Assembly (NCBI RefSeq): GCF_006345805.1 | Contig: NC_043000.1 | Location: 68,510,001-68,574,000 of the forward strand | From: Octopus sinensis | Taxonomy: Eukaryota | DNA: 64,000 nucleotides | Direction: 5' to 3' | Shown: positions 12,125 to 25,925 of the stretch, in pieces | Numbering within the stretch: the first letter of the stretch is position 1 | Layout: every line of letters starts with the position of its first letter | Notes under the pieces: model-generated | The model's input: the letters and a program-made list of their open reading frames with translations, nothing else | What the model was told of the DNA's origin: nothing | The model's database searches: none | Translations under genes and position numbers: made by a program

Positions 12125-12832
12125 AGCATTACTAACATTACGTATTTACTGTATACGTGTTGCTTAAACGCCAGGAGCCGTGGTTCTTCGTCTGGCAAAG
12201 ATCCCTTTAAAGACGTACAGAAAAAGAAACCATAGAATACTTCAGAGTGAAGTAAACGATATCGGGCCGGAAGTAAAGACGAGAACGACAAATACATTAT
12301 TTCGCTGTTTTTGCAGCTTATCAATACCGCGCGCTCACCGAAACACGATGCAATTGCAAATCAACAAATAGAGTTTACACTATTCGTATAGCCCAACGAA
12401 TGTTGTCTATGTCCAGGTCGACTGTTTAAAGTCTTACCTGTTCAAAAAATTTTCCATGATGATAGTGGATTGTATCATATAATGTGATGTTATCTTTTAC
12501 GACTACAATTAAATAGAATTCTACCGAAATACCTGTCGTAAATTTTAAACGCCATTCATGTTCAGTTATTCTTTTCGTTCATGCTTCTGACTAGTGATTA
12601 TGCTTACGTTTCGGCAGTAAGGCGAGTGCGTCGCATTGATAAGCTTCAAAACAGTGAAACACTGTGACTGTCGCTCTCGTCTTTACTTCCATTGCGACTT
12701 AGTTTCTCCATGTTCTGAAGTATTTTGAATTTTTTAATATTATACGTCTTTCGAAGTATCTTTCGCGGACGAAAAACCGCAGCTCCAGGCATTTAAACAA
12801 CACACGAACGTTAAGTATGTAATATTAATTAT
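12125..12832. mobile_element. Old foldback element with about 90-bp diverged inverted ends
   Basis: 12125-12217 is a diverged reverse complement of 12743-12832. Confidence 0.6.
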
Positions 12833-12937
12833 GTTCACATACACATACATATATGAAGTGAGGAAAATAAACCAAATACTTAAACGATAAACCTTATATA
12901 CACACACACACATATATACATATACACACAGATAGCT

Positions 12938-12970
<33 letters not shown>

Positions 12971-12971
12971 T

Positions 12972-13023
<52 letters not shown>

Positions 13024-13139
13024 GCGTATACATACATTCACACACACAAACACACTCGAAGACAGAATGAGAAAATTGTTAATATGCTTATTTGCGTATT
13101 TAACCCTTCTTTAAAAAGATAGACGTATAGTGTATAAAC

Positions 13140-13222
<83 letters not shown>
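13140..13222. repeat. (GATA)n microsatellite
   Basis: Direct reading. Confidence 0.95.
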
Positions 13223-13887
13223 ATCGTTTGTCACCTTATTCGCTGCTTGTACTTTTCAGTTTCTGCACTATTAATACACTAATCTACTGTTATTTGATTA
13301 TGGGCTATAGATTTTATAAAATAATGTTGATCGTTATTTTGAAGTTCTGTACCCATAGTGTTCATAGTATACCAATGAACACTGAAAACTAACAAGGAAA
13401 GAAGTCTAAAGCAAAGCTGTTTTGACTGTGAAATTATGTTAGATGAAGAAAATAATTGGTCGGTCATGGAAGTTGTTGCACCATTCACTAAGGTCTCGTG
13501 TGAGCTAATATATTTTTCAATTCATAAGATCTATTGTGTTTTATTTTCGCTTTGACGAGCAAATATAAAAAGAGACGCCATGTTTGTTTATTTAATTGAG
13601 ATTGTATAATTTCCGTACACTAAATAAGGGATTTTCATGTGCTTGGTTTTCGATCTATTTCTCGCAAACTAAAGGGGGTTGCTAGATATACGGTTGACCT
13701 AGACTAATGTATTACACACAAAAGCGATTCGAATACAATAGAGATAAATGCTCGTCTATCTAGTTTCGTTTCTTCGTTAGAAGCATAACATTTTATTTGT
13801 AAATGCTTTGGGGAAGGCATAACTATCACCTTTGTTGCTCTACCACCAGGAGTTATGCCTGCCTAAAAAAATAATGATCAGCTAACC

Positions 13888-14131
13888 TCGTGTTTCTCAA
13901 CCATTTTTCACCTATAGAGACCACTTTGATTCCTCTTTTACTCGAACGAACTCTCCTAGCCATTCGATGTTTAAAAAAAAATCATATCATATTTTTGTAA
14001 TAGAATATTATAAGGAATTGTATTTAAAAAAAGTTTTTTAATATTTTGTTCATTGCAGAAGTATATAACCAATTTATTGCTGATAAATTTTAACAACAAA
14101 ATTTTATATGGACCCTGGTTGAGAACCATTG
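13888..14131. mobile_element. hAT MITE
   Basis: TIRs resembling CAGTGGTTCTCAACC; 8-bp TSD AGCTAACC/CGCTAACC; same family as 49853-50186 (shared AGCCATTCGATGTT). Confidence 0.8.
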
Positions 14132-15049
14132 CGCTAACCTATCTAGCCATTACATACTGATCTGTCGATTGAAAAGTTGACCTGTCTAATTCGTGAACAT
14201 TTCAATAACTTTCAGTGCTTGGCTGAAAGGACACATTTAAGACGCGTGAAAATCATCAGCTTGGCGATTTCTTTCGCTGATGCAGATGTAATCTATCTAA
14301 AGCTTCTAAATAATCCCCAACATTTACCACCGGCAGCCATCATGTACTAAATACCAGCATACTAAACTTTACTACGGAGTGGTAAACGTCTGTTATTATC
14401 TATTGTACATCCTCATCATGAACACTTGGTACCATCACTTGGATGGTACCGTTTCTGATTTATTGTACATTCATCAGCATTCGAATCACCTACAGTTTCA
14501 GTAAAGCTGTCGTTGTGGAATTTTATTTAAAGCCACAGCTGTTACGCTTATAACTAAATCAAGTAGATTTATTTGAACATTAAACCCATTTTCGGCTGTC
14601 ACTTCTGTTATCTAAGCCACTGTTGTGTTAGTTGAATTTATTTTCAAACTAAGGTATACTTTGGTGCATATCGATAGGTTTTAAGCCGTCATGGTACTCG
14701 TAGATCTATTTATTAAATGAGAAAGTTGATTCCATGTTAGTTGCCTTGTAATTATTTTTTCTATTACCAACGCCTATCATTATAAGTTCTGCAAGTGAAT
14801 GAAATAGACTAGGTATTATTCCTGGAAAAACGATTATGACAAATCTTCTTTTAAAAATACGAAACTTCATTGGTGGGTCCATACATATGAAATTTTCTTT
14901 CAAGAAAACTATTTAATAGCAGAAATTTGAAAGGAGGCCTCCTGACAAATTCTCGCTTATTAGAAAGCAAAACGACCCACATTACACGACGAAAATAGTG
15001 AAGTTTGGGATTAAGAGTCTAATGCATAAAAAATTATAGTTCAAGAAAG

Positions 15050-15445
15050 TTGATTAAAATTGACAGTAACTTGAATAGTGTCAAATACATCCAATTACTG
15101 AAGGACAATTTGATACCAGACTTGGATGAAGGTGAGATTTTTCCGCATGACGGAGCTCCATGCTACAGATTGCATGCAACGGGACAGAGTCTGGCTGATG
15201 AAGGTGTTACCGTATTGAAAGATTGGCCAGCTCAGAGCCCTGATTTAAATATCATTGAGCCAATGTGGACAGAACTAAAGAGAAAAGTTCGTCAGAAGAA
15301 TCCACGCAATCTTGAAGAGTTGAAGGAGCTCAGCCACAGAGAATGGCATCTCATATTTGTGAAGATGGTGAAGGATTTGTATGCATCTCTTCTCAGGCAC
15401 ATTGAAGCAATTATTCAAGCTGAGGGAAGTCACACGAAATATTAA
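15050..15445 (+). pseudogene. Tc1-family transposase, C-terminal DDE fragment
   Basis: HDGAPC...DWPAQSPDLNIIEPMWTELKRKV...GSHTKY; probable right TIR GGCCGAAGATTTTGGCACGCTACTG ends at 15692. Confidence 0.9.
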
Positions 15446-16316
15446 TAATACCCAGTAACTTCTTGAATTTTTATTATAGACATTTTCATTATAGACATTT
15501 TTCTGTTTTAAAACACAGTATCTTGATTGGTTTATGAACCCCTACTACAAAATATGATTTGGTACGGAAATGACTCGAACTCGAACAATGTTTCATCTGT
15601 AAAAAATGCAATGCGAAACATCCACTTATAAGTTGGCAATTAGTAGAAATTTGCAATAGTTTAAAGTGGCCGAAGATTTTGGCACGCTACTGCATGTTGT
15701 GCTAAATTATGAGACATCATTCATATATGATAAATACATGTACATTTTTGAAAACTAAAATGGATAAACAACACCTGCAAAGTTCTGTGGTGATAGTGAT
15801 GATGTTGGTGGTGGGGATGAAGTAGAAAGATTAATGTGATGATCCTCATGCAAAATATTTTGTTTGATTTTTAGTCACAGCTCAGCCTCGATTGAGCAGA
15901 TTTATGAACAAAGCCGTACCATCCGTGACTATCCAGTATTTTGTATAGATAGGGACTTTATCAAACAATGCGTCCTTCTTTTCTGAAAGCAATACAGTGG
16001 GATCTGAAGAAATTTGATCGTTATTTCTAGCAGATCGAGAGACCAGACATAAAGATAAATACTTGTCTCGTAATAAAATTAGTAATTGGCTCTGGTAGTG
16101 TTGTTGTTGTTGGTGGTGGTGGGGTGGGGGATGAATATGGTGGTGGTAGTGGTGGTGACGGCATGGTGAGCAAGTAGGAAGAAACAGAGGTACCAGGAGT
16201 GTTGAAAGGTGTTGCTTCCTATGATGACAACATGAAAGCAGAAGGTTAATATCATTCTCTGCGTAAACTAGACAACACACACAACACACACACACAATAC
16301 TCACACACGCGCGCAT

Positions 16317-16352
<36 letters not shown>

Positions 16353-16889
16353 GAAGTAGTTTTCTAGAAAGGATGTTCAGGGCGAGAGTTTCCTCCCGCT
16401 GTCTATAATTACAGTGTAATAATAAAAGGGCGTGGTGATTGCTTGCCCCCGTGGGCGGAGGTAGATTTCCAGTTAGGCAACATTTCATTCACGCCGTTGT
16501 CCTTGTAAGGTGGTGGCGGTAGCGACCTTCAACCACCACCACTACCAACAACGACGACCACCATCATTACTATCACCACCACCACCACCACCACCACTAC
16601 CGCCACCAACCACCACCACTACCACATTTCATCACTACCTTCACACCACCGCTCGCTTCATTCTGTGGCCAGTCACTTCACCATTCATTGCTACTGTAGA
16701 ACAAAACAACATAGAATTAGAAAGCAGGTGTGACCAGCTGGTGGTCATGCTCAAACAAGGACACATTTCGCAAACATAAACCACCGCCATCACCACCACC
16801 ACCACCGCCGCCGCCAGAAACATATAGATAGATCATTGAACAAATACTCACACGCGTAGATTTGTGTATGTAAGCATGCATGTCTGTGT

Positions 16890-17201
<312 letters not shown>

Positions 17202-18409
17202 TTTATACATCACGTATACATTTAGAGTATATTACATACATATAACGTATTAAACTCGGTTTGTGTGTGTCGTTGAATGCTTTGTGTATTTTCGTTGACA
17301 GCCCAAACTAACGGATGTGGAAATAATCACGCAGCTTTTCAAATGAGTAAATAGATAGCTATACATACTGTGTATGTCTGTATATTTGTCTATGTATATA
17401 TTTCTCTTACTTCAGTAATACCAGTGAGGACCTGTCTCTGTGTTTATGTGGGGTGGGGCGTTTGTGTATATGTGTTTATGACTTACGATAAAATGGGTAT
17501 TTGTAAATGTATGGGTGTGTGGGAATATATATAGGTACATTCGCGCGCCCGCATCTTTGCCTGTCTGTAAAAGCCTCTTTAAGTGTGTGCTTCCGTATTT
17601 GTTTCAGGTTTTTTGGACTTCCGAATTGAGTGTATATCAATTCATGTATGTATGTGGTCTTGCATGGGAAGTACATACATACGCGCGGACATTTACTGCA
17701 TAATATGCATTTACTGCATAATATGCGTGTGTGTGTGCATATGTGTGTGTTAGCACATATTTTCGGATATATTAATTTGACTGGTATTCTATACCTTTTC
17801 TCTATATCCAAATATGCTGCCACAATAGAGACGATCTTCGGTAATGTATGGTGCAATCACCAATTAAAGATGTGATTTTGTCCATTCTTGTTCTTGTCTT
17901 ACACTCCAAATTTCTTTAAATTCTTTCAAACGCTATTTGAATTTACTTGTCATACATAAAGAATTATTTTGGATGTTTATTCTACTTGCATTCATTGGTA
18001 TCCGATTGTTGGATATCGTTAACTAAATTCGTTTAACACTGAGAGCTTTATAGATGCTTGATTTATTAACTCCCTTTACTTCTTATATGTGTGTGCGCGC
18101 GCGCGTGTGTATGCATACATACACATACACACACTGACTCTATGACACGTCCGCCTATATATATAATATATATAGGCGGAAGTGTCATAGAGTCAGTCAC
18201 CGCACCCATAAATTTTATTCGTTTCTTCGGATTCGTACGTGATCAACAACACAGTTTAGGGTTTTGCAAATACAGCTTTTCGAAATTTTAATTCCCCACC
18301 CACTATATATATAACTTTTTCTAAATCTCTTGATCCGTTTTTAAAAATACGGAGATTACGATACTAAAGCAAAAATTCAAAATTTTATTCAATCTTGACT
18401 TTGTGCCTA

Positions 18410-18921
18410 TTGTGCTATGACTAAGCTGAACACCATATGGAGAAGCAATTCCATTAGTTTTCCAATAAATCTCAGAATGTACAAGCATCTGGTGGCTTCG
18501 ATAAGTCTGTATGAATGTGAGAGCTGGACTCTCACAGTCGATATGGAGTGAAGAATCCAGGCATTTGAGGACGAGTGCTTCAGAAGGCTGCTACAGAGCA
18601 CAAAACAGCTTTGTCAGGCAGCAAGTTGACAAACATTCTGGTCGACGGGAACCACTCCTTTGATAGGTAAATAGGCGAAAGCCTACATGGTACGGCCATG
18701 CATCTCGCCACAACTCCCTGTCCAAAAACATTCTTCAGGACACAGTTGAGGGAAGGCGAAAGACAGACAGAACATCCTGGTTTGACAATATCAAGAACTA
18801 GATAGGCCACTATACAGCGGACCTGCTATGCGTAACAGAGAAGAGAGACCAGTGACGACGGGTGACAAACAAAGGCGTCTAGTGCGACACTCCAACGACT
18901 GGAATCTTTATGATGATGATC
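18410..18921 (+). mobile_element. RTE-clade LINE 3' fragment
   Basis: KLNTIWRSNSISFPINLRMYKHLVASISLYECESWTLTVDME*RIQAFEDECFRRLL; ends in a (TGA)n tail. Confidence 0.85.
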
Positions 18922-18999
18922 TTGTAAATACCAGTTCTTCACCAGCACCTCTGAAAGATGTGGTAAGTTTTTCGACCACTCTGCCGCTTTAATGGCTCT

Positions 19000-19173
19000 T
19001 TCTTTCTAACTTTGGCACAAGGCCTGCAACTTGCAGAGGAGGGGAATGTCTATTACCGAAAGGGTGAAAGGCAAAGTCGATTTCGGCGAAATTTTAACTC
19101 AGAACGTAAAACGGAAGAAATACCGCTGAGCATTTCACCCGGCGTGCTAACGATTCTGCCAGCTCACCGCCTT
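19000..19173 (-). mobile_element. SINE family A
   Basis: GAAAGGCAAAGTCGA..AACTCAGAACGTAAA..CGGCGTGCTAACGATTCTGCCAGCTC.CCGCCTT. Confidence 0.8.
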
Positions 19174-19637
19174 ACTCTATCGCTTTAATAATGAGAAGGC
19201 GAAACAGAATTTGCATCCAGTATAACCCATCATTCTTTGCCATAGTGTTGGACGAGTTTAAACTCATCTTCATTTTTTAAAAAAAACATGGATAGTGCGT
19301 CTGATCCCTTTCCACACATCACAAGCCTCAAAGGGGCGGAAGCCGTCTTTCCTACGTGAAATACTGCATTAACAGATTGTAAACTTTCACTATTGCATCC
19401 TTCATCCCAAATTTTTTCAAACAGCTGTGTTCCTATATATACCCATTGTTAAAAATGCAGGAATTTGAAAAAATGCTTTGAAAAAATAAATAAATGAATT
19501 ATGGGTGTGGTCATTCTGCGACACTTCCGCCAAGTTATATATAAATATGTATTGCTATATTGTATATAGTCACTCCTTTGAGACGATACAGTGAAATTTG
19601 AAGAATATTTGGCTGACATTTGACCACCTACACACAA

Positions 19638-19675
<38 letters not shown>

Positions 19676-20714
19676 ATTTTTTCTCAGAAATAGCAAGAGA
19701 ATGGGAATGATAGAGTGCATATATATATCCGTCTGTATAACGTACTTAATGTAAATACATCATTGAAAGGCAAATTTATTGTAGTATTCATCCGGATATA
19801 ACATATCTAATAGACGTGCTGGGGTTAAAAGCACAAAATGTACGGATGTGCACTCACAGCCAGCCACAAGCTTAGCTAAGATTTGTTTCCTCCGATATCT
19901 AGGGAAGCAATAAAAGACATTCAATGGTATTGTTATTTCCGGACGAATACCACAATAAATTTGTCTTTTAACGAAATATTTACATTAAATATGATACGTA
20001 GAGGGTTATTTTGTCCTAGTACTGCTTCTATTGCATTTAATAAATCTTTATTCAGTAATACCGGTGAATGTTTTTCATTGCGTTCCTATATATCGGTAGT
20101 GAAAACTTTCGTCTAAGCATGCGGATGGTTGTGAATGCGCGCCATTAACAAGGCCTAACGAGGCCGAAATACATCAGGTGTTCTTGCTTTTCGTTTTCAC
20201 CCGATATATATTCTGCTTTTAAACGTAGTACATCCATAAGATATGTTATCTCTGGACGAATACCGCAGTAACTTTGCCTTTCAATGATGTATTCATATTA
20301 AGTACGATACGTAGATAGTTATTTTAACCTAATATTGCTTCTTTTGTATTCAATGGATATGTGCGTGCGTGTATATGGTGGCTGCCCCCTCGTTATCGCG
20401 TATGGCCATTGCGCGAAGCTTAATCAATGTTGTTATCGTGCAATGCCTATGCAAGAAGATTTCTTTTTAAATGAGGAAAGGCTGTGCACTGAGTCAATCC
20501 CATTCACTAAGCAACACCAGCCATAATCCGAAAAGAAGAACACGTCAACATCATCGGTAACCACTGAGCCGCAGGTTTTATGTCGGAGTTATCCCAGTTA
20601 TCTGAGTTACCTTCTCCTAGAAGGATGCCCTAACAAAGGCTAGGAGTCCTTCACTCCCAATGGTTTAACCACGCGATCGGGTATTCAGTGCGTGTATTTA
20701 CATACATACATACA

Positions 20715-20803
<89 letters not shown>

Positions 20804-21066
20804 TAGTGTGCATTTAAACACTAAAAAGGTGAGCCTTAACAGGTTCTTAACATACTAGAAAGAACAGTCAAAACGTCCAAACCACAGTTAAGATAAATTT
20901 CGAAGGGAATGAAAAATAAAAACATTTGCCATGTTTTACAGCCAGACCACAGGTTTCGAACTTTAATTACCAAATAAAATAATTTGCAAGGCGAAGTTCT
21001 CATCAGCGGATACGCAAAAACATTAACATATAAATTTGAGAACAAATAACACGTGCCTCATCCTTA

Positions 21067-21230
21067 TCTCTCTATATATAAAACTGAGAATGTGTGTGTG
21101 TGTGTGTGTGTGTGTGTCTGTCTGCCAGTCTCTGTGTGTGTTTCCCTAAAACTTGAGAACTACACAACCAATTTCATTCAAATTTTACACATACCTTACT
21201 TAGGGTCCGGGGAGTGTCAGAACACAGTGT
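21067..21230 (+). mobile_element. Helitron 5' terminal fragment
   Basis: A|TCTCTCTATATATAAAA then (GT)n and CCAATTTCATTCAAATTTTACAC; same layout as the 5' end of 48524-48912. Confidence 0.55.
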
Positions 21231-22347
21231 AGACAATATTTGTCAACACGTGCTATCTCGCAGACAAAAGAGTTCTCATGTTTGGCTTGTTTCTGTGGAA
21301 ACAGGCATGAACGTGTCTGTGGCTTACGATTGGCTAAAATTAACAAAATTTTCAAACTTTAACTGCTAATAACTCTTTATTTATTGATTTATAGCGAAAA
21401 TGATTTTCCCGTAATTCATTAGCCTATAAAGGTGTATCATTACACTGAATATGAAATGCTGGCAGCCAAACAGACTAGATCCACCGCTGCTTCAAACGGT
21501 TCAAAATCCTCAAAACAGGATCGTCAACAACAGCTTCACAGTACACTGTAACACTATTTTTTTGTCTTTCGTCAGTAAGTGTTATTTGTTGCACTCTAGA
21601 AATCAAAGGAAATTGCTACTATTCCCTTCAAACTTTACTTTTGTGTCCTAAACATCAATGTTTCGAAACTGATCTATTTTCCATTACATTTCAGATAGAT
21701 TCAGCGCTGAGTAGAAATATCGTTATAGCAAATACTCTGCTCGATACTAAAGATTTGTTTGTCAGTTGCTTGACTTTACCACTTAAGCATGTCCCTTAGT
21801 GGCTGACAATATGTGCATCTCTGATCACGAGCAGAAGTAGTTGGGGAGCATCATATCCATGTGTTGAGAGGGATTCTTTGGGGTTTGAATAAATGTAACA
21901 AAAGCAAAGTTTGAAAGCAATATTTGTCAGCGTTCATACTTTCTAGGTGTAAGCGAATAAGAAATAACAGTTGCTACCCAAGGACAATAATCATGTTACA
22001 CAGTGTTATCAGCGTAGCATGATGTTCAGAAGTGTATAAATATTACTTGTCTCTTAAGAATAGTCCCCAGGGTCACTCCAACTTTAGCATTTAACATTGC
22101 CAATTACAAACTAGAAGAAAAACATGGAAATGACATAATGAATAGCCTATGCTATGCGGCTGGTTCTTATGATTAAAGAAAACAAAATGGTGCAAAACTA
22201 AGAAACACGCTCTAGTAAAAACTCAGTGCGAGGCCAACAGTTTTTGAATAAAGTACCAAACACTTTTTTTAGCGAAACTATAATATTGTAGAGCTGAGTT
22301 TCATTCAAGTGTTTCAAGTGTTTCATTAGTGCTTTATTATAATATCG

Positions 22348-22514
22348 CAGTTCAAATTCCGCCGAGGTTGACTTTGTCTTTCATCCTTTCGAGGTCGATA
22401 AAATAAGTACCTGTTGAGTACTGTGGTCGATGCAATCGACTTATTCCTCCTCCGAAATTGCTGGCCTTGTGCCAAATTTGAAGCAATTATTATTATTATT
22501 ATTATTATTATTAA

Positions 22515-22556
<42 letters not shown>

Positions 22557-22783
22557 CATCATCATCATCATTATTATTAGAGCAGTAAGCTAGCAGAATC
22601 GTTAGCACGCCGGGCGAAATGCTTAGCGGCATTTCGTCCGTCTTTACGTCCTGAGCTCAAATTCCGCCGAGGTTGACTTTGCCTTTCATGCTTTCGGAGT
22701 TGATAAATTAAGTACCAGTCAAACCTTGAGGTCAATGTAATCGACTATGCCAAAATTGCTGGCCTTGTGATAAAATTTGAAAC

Positions 22784-22785
<2 letters not shown>
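22348..22785 (+). mobile_element. Two tandem SINE family A copies separated by (TTA)n
   Basis: Both contain CAAATTCCGCCGAGGTTGACTTTG.CTTTCAT.CTTTCG..G.GATAAA..AAGTACC; (TTA)n tails at 22486-22578 and 22785-22848. Confidence 0.85.
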
Positions 22786-22849
<64 letters not shown>

Positions 22850-23250
22850 ATTGTCTTTGCACAGCTTCTAACGCTGGAGATGTACTACGGTTCAGCTGTT
22901 CACTACCAGTGAACTAAGGTAAAATCCCTTATTTTTCGAGTACCATCCGGAGTATTTGAGTGGTTCCAAGCAGTGCTGTTTTCCGCAAGTGCTCCACCCT
23001 TATTGCAGCCCCTATTTGTTTCATGTACTTCTCACGATTTTTACTCACTATTCCCAGGGCTCCGACAATTATTGGTACTACTACCACCTTTTTCAGCGAC
23101 CACAACTACTTAACCTACCAGGCTAACATGTTATATCTATCGACTTTTCTTTCTTCCTTATCGCATACCTTGTTGTCAGTGGGGCATGCTATATCTATGA
23201 TCCAGCATCGTTTGCTTTCTCAGTTAAGACTATGTCTGGTTTCCTATTCT
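22850..23250 (-). mobile_element. R4/Dong-clade non-LTR element, 3' end with restriction-like endonuclease remnant
   Basis: Minus-strand RCWIIDIACPTDNKVCDKEEEKVDRY and EHLRKTALLGTTQILRMVLE; 3' end abuts (TAA)n, the known Dong target. Confidence 0.85.
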
Positions 23251-23294
23251 CTATCTCTATTATTTTATTGTTATTATCATTCATTATTATTAGT

Positions 23295-23328
<34 letters not shown>

Positions 23329-23595
23329 GCAATCTACCCATCTACAATGGAGGCATAAAATGAGGGCGGGAAGTCATAACAGCAGTGTGTATTGAGAAAT
23401 GTGTAAATGGACTTGATAGATTACTGGGTAATGTCTTAGGAGAAATCACTTTATTGTTGGTGGTACAGCATTCTATTGCAGCTATGAGACATGTGTTTCC
23501 AACTAAGTGACATGTGATGACGATTCACTCCCGAATTGACATAGGCTCCCAGCCTCTGTATCATGAATGGTTAGGTAGACCACTCCTAAAGAAAA

Positions 23596-23925
23596 CTAGA
23601 GCTCCCTTCAACAACTACATAATAAGTATTAAGAAAAAAATACACTATTTTACGCTCGTTCATACTCTTATACATTCAAAGTTCACAAGCTTCCTTATTT
23701 TTCCTTTCGATAATATCAATTTGATTACAAAACTTCTTTGTAGACGATATTTTCTGATTGGTCGACACTAATTTTCAAGTTACTGGAGTCCGTTGCTCTG
23801 GTCATAGAGACGTATAACTGGTCGTGTGTAAATATCGGAGAGGGTAAAAATACACCTACATGATCTAAAGTCTGACCCTGTGCCTTGTTTACTACTGTGA
23901 ATGCGCGAAGGTGGTTTATCAATTC
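23596..23925 (-). mobile_element. Helitron 3' fragment (helicase C-terminus)
   Basis: AFTVVNKAQGQTLDHVGVFLPSPIFTHDQLYVSMTR...NIVYKEVL*; candidate CTAG|T end at 23596. Confidence 0.85.
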
Positions 23926-24134
23926 AAAAATTGATATTTCTGGAGTTCTTGTACTTTCATCAGCACCACATCCAACCCATTAACCTTGGAGGAACTCATT
24001 GCTTAAACAGCCACTAAATATAGCGGTGCAGCATTATTGGATATACCAATTTTACATATTAAACACATTCCTGGCAGCTGTAGAGATAAGTTTAACAAGT
24101 GATTTAATAGCACTTCTAACGCAGTAGAATACAG

Positions 24135-24789
24135 GGATCTTTACTTTTTGACCGACAGATTTAAAAAATATTTTTTTGTAACTAAACATTTTCAAACTTC
24201 GACACTGGTAGAATGTGTCATATAAAGCATCTTTTACTCTTAGCATTTTTGAGAAAAAATTATATTTACGAAGTTATTTCACGTTAAAGTTCTCGTATTT
24301 CGGTAATTTCAACCAATCAATGACGTGTATTCAACTGAATAAAATTACAGCTGTTGTTTGTCAACAAGAACTTTCGGCGGTGTATATTTCGTTTGTCACT
24401 GTTATTTATGACAACTCTAACTCTAAAACCCTAACCCCTTAATCCTAACCCTAACCCTAAAACCCTAACCATAAACACTAAAACCTTAAAACCAGTACAA
24501 ACGCACGAACGATGTCATAAATAACAGTAACAAACGAAAAATACACCGCCGATAGTTGTTGACAAACAACGGCAGTAATTTTATTCAGCTGAATACACGT
24601 CATTGATTGGTTGAAATTACCGAAATACGACAACTTTAAAACGAAATAACTTCCTAAACATAAGTTTTTCTCAAATATGCTAAGAGTAAAAGATGTTTTA
24701 TATGACACATTCTACCAGTGTTTGAAGTTTGAACGTGTTTAGTTACAAAAAAATATTTTTTTAATCTGTCAATCAAAAGGTAAAGATCC
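24135..24789. mobile_element. Foldback DNA transposon (Merlin-like termini) with CCCTAA core, copy 2
   Basis: About 277-bp TIRs GGATCTTTAC...GTAAAGATCC; perfect 8-bp TSD GAATACAG at 24127-24134 and 24790-24797; CCCTAA repeats at about 24415-24490. Confidence 0.9.
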
Positions 24790-25313
24790 GAATACAGTAT
24801 TGACTTATAAAGTATTTAACATACTTTGTAGTATATTATGGTTCCATAACGAAATATAGTGTCCCTCCAAATTATTAATATGTGCATTCTATGGCTGCAT
24901 AACGATGTGCGGTATTCCTACAAGATTTGAGGTAGATGTTATGATTGTGTGCTTCATAAACCGTCAAAAACAGTATTTGCCTCGTATTTGCAGTCGAAGC
25001 CATATAAAAGGTGTTCACATGCATGATTATTTATGCTCATGTACTTATACTTGTCGATTATTGTGACCGTTTGTTGAAGATAATTTATGTGCGTACATGC
25101 GTGTGTACATGTACTCGGGTATGAGTATATGCGTGTGTGAGAATGTTCAAATATATGCACGCCCATGTGTGCGAGCGTCTAGCGTTAAAAAATGCCTGTC
25201 TCCTCGAGAACTCTCACTAGATTTGAGGTTTTCGACATAACTATCGTAATATAGCAAATATGACTTATTTTCCGTATATTTTTCGTTTTAAGATAATGAG
25301 CGAGTATGTGTGT

Positions 25314-25378
<65 letters not shown>

Positions 25379-25482
25379 TGTGTTTGTGTACGTGTATGTC
25401 AGTGAGCGTGTGTGTTTACGAGTGTGTCTGTCAGTGAGTATGTGAGACTGTCAGTTTGTGTCAGTGTACATTGTTCTACGTA

Positions 25483-25790
25483 AAGGCGAATGACTCAGTG
25501 GTTAAAGCGTCGGACTTACAATCGTGAGGCTGTGAGTTCGATTCCCGAACCGGACAGTGTGTTGTGTCCTCGAGCATGACACTTTATTTCACGCTGCTCC
25601 AGTTCATATAGCTGTAGAAATAAATTGTGACGTCACTGGTGTGAAGCTGTATCGGCCTTCGCTTTAGACAATACCAGTAGCGTGGAGATGGGAAACTGAT
25701 ATGCAAGGACGACTGCTGGTTTTTCACAAACAACGTTGCCCGGACTTCTAGGTGCAATCTTATATTCATGCGTGACCGAATGGGGTCTTC
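25483..25790 (+). mobile_element. tRNA-derived SINE family C
   Basis: TGACTCAGTGGTTAAAGCG (A box), GAGTTCGATTCCC (B box), GTGTCCTCGAGCATGACAC core; inverse copy at 29110-29390. Confidence 0.8.
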
Positions 25791-25925
25791 AAAGAAAAAA
25801 AAATGTGTTCAATTAACGCAGTGGCTCTCAATCGCTTTCATGTAAGTGGTTGGAATATGTACATCAATAGGGGAGCTGGTAGAAGTTAGGTATACAGTAT
25901 AATGCTTATACAAATGGATATTAAT

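Noticed and set aside
15192-15228. CTGATGAAGG..GAAA as a hammerhead
   Set aside because: Inside the Tc1 coding frame and the stems do not close properly; chance match.
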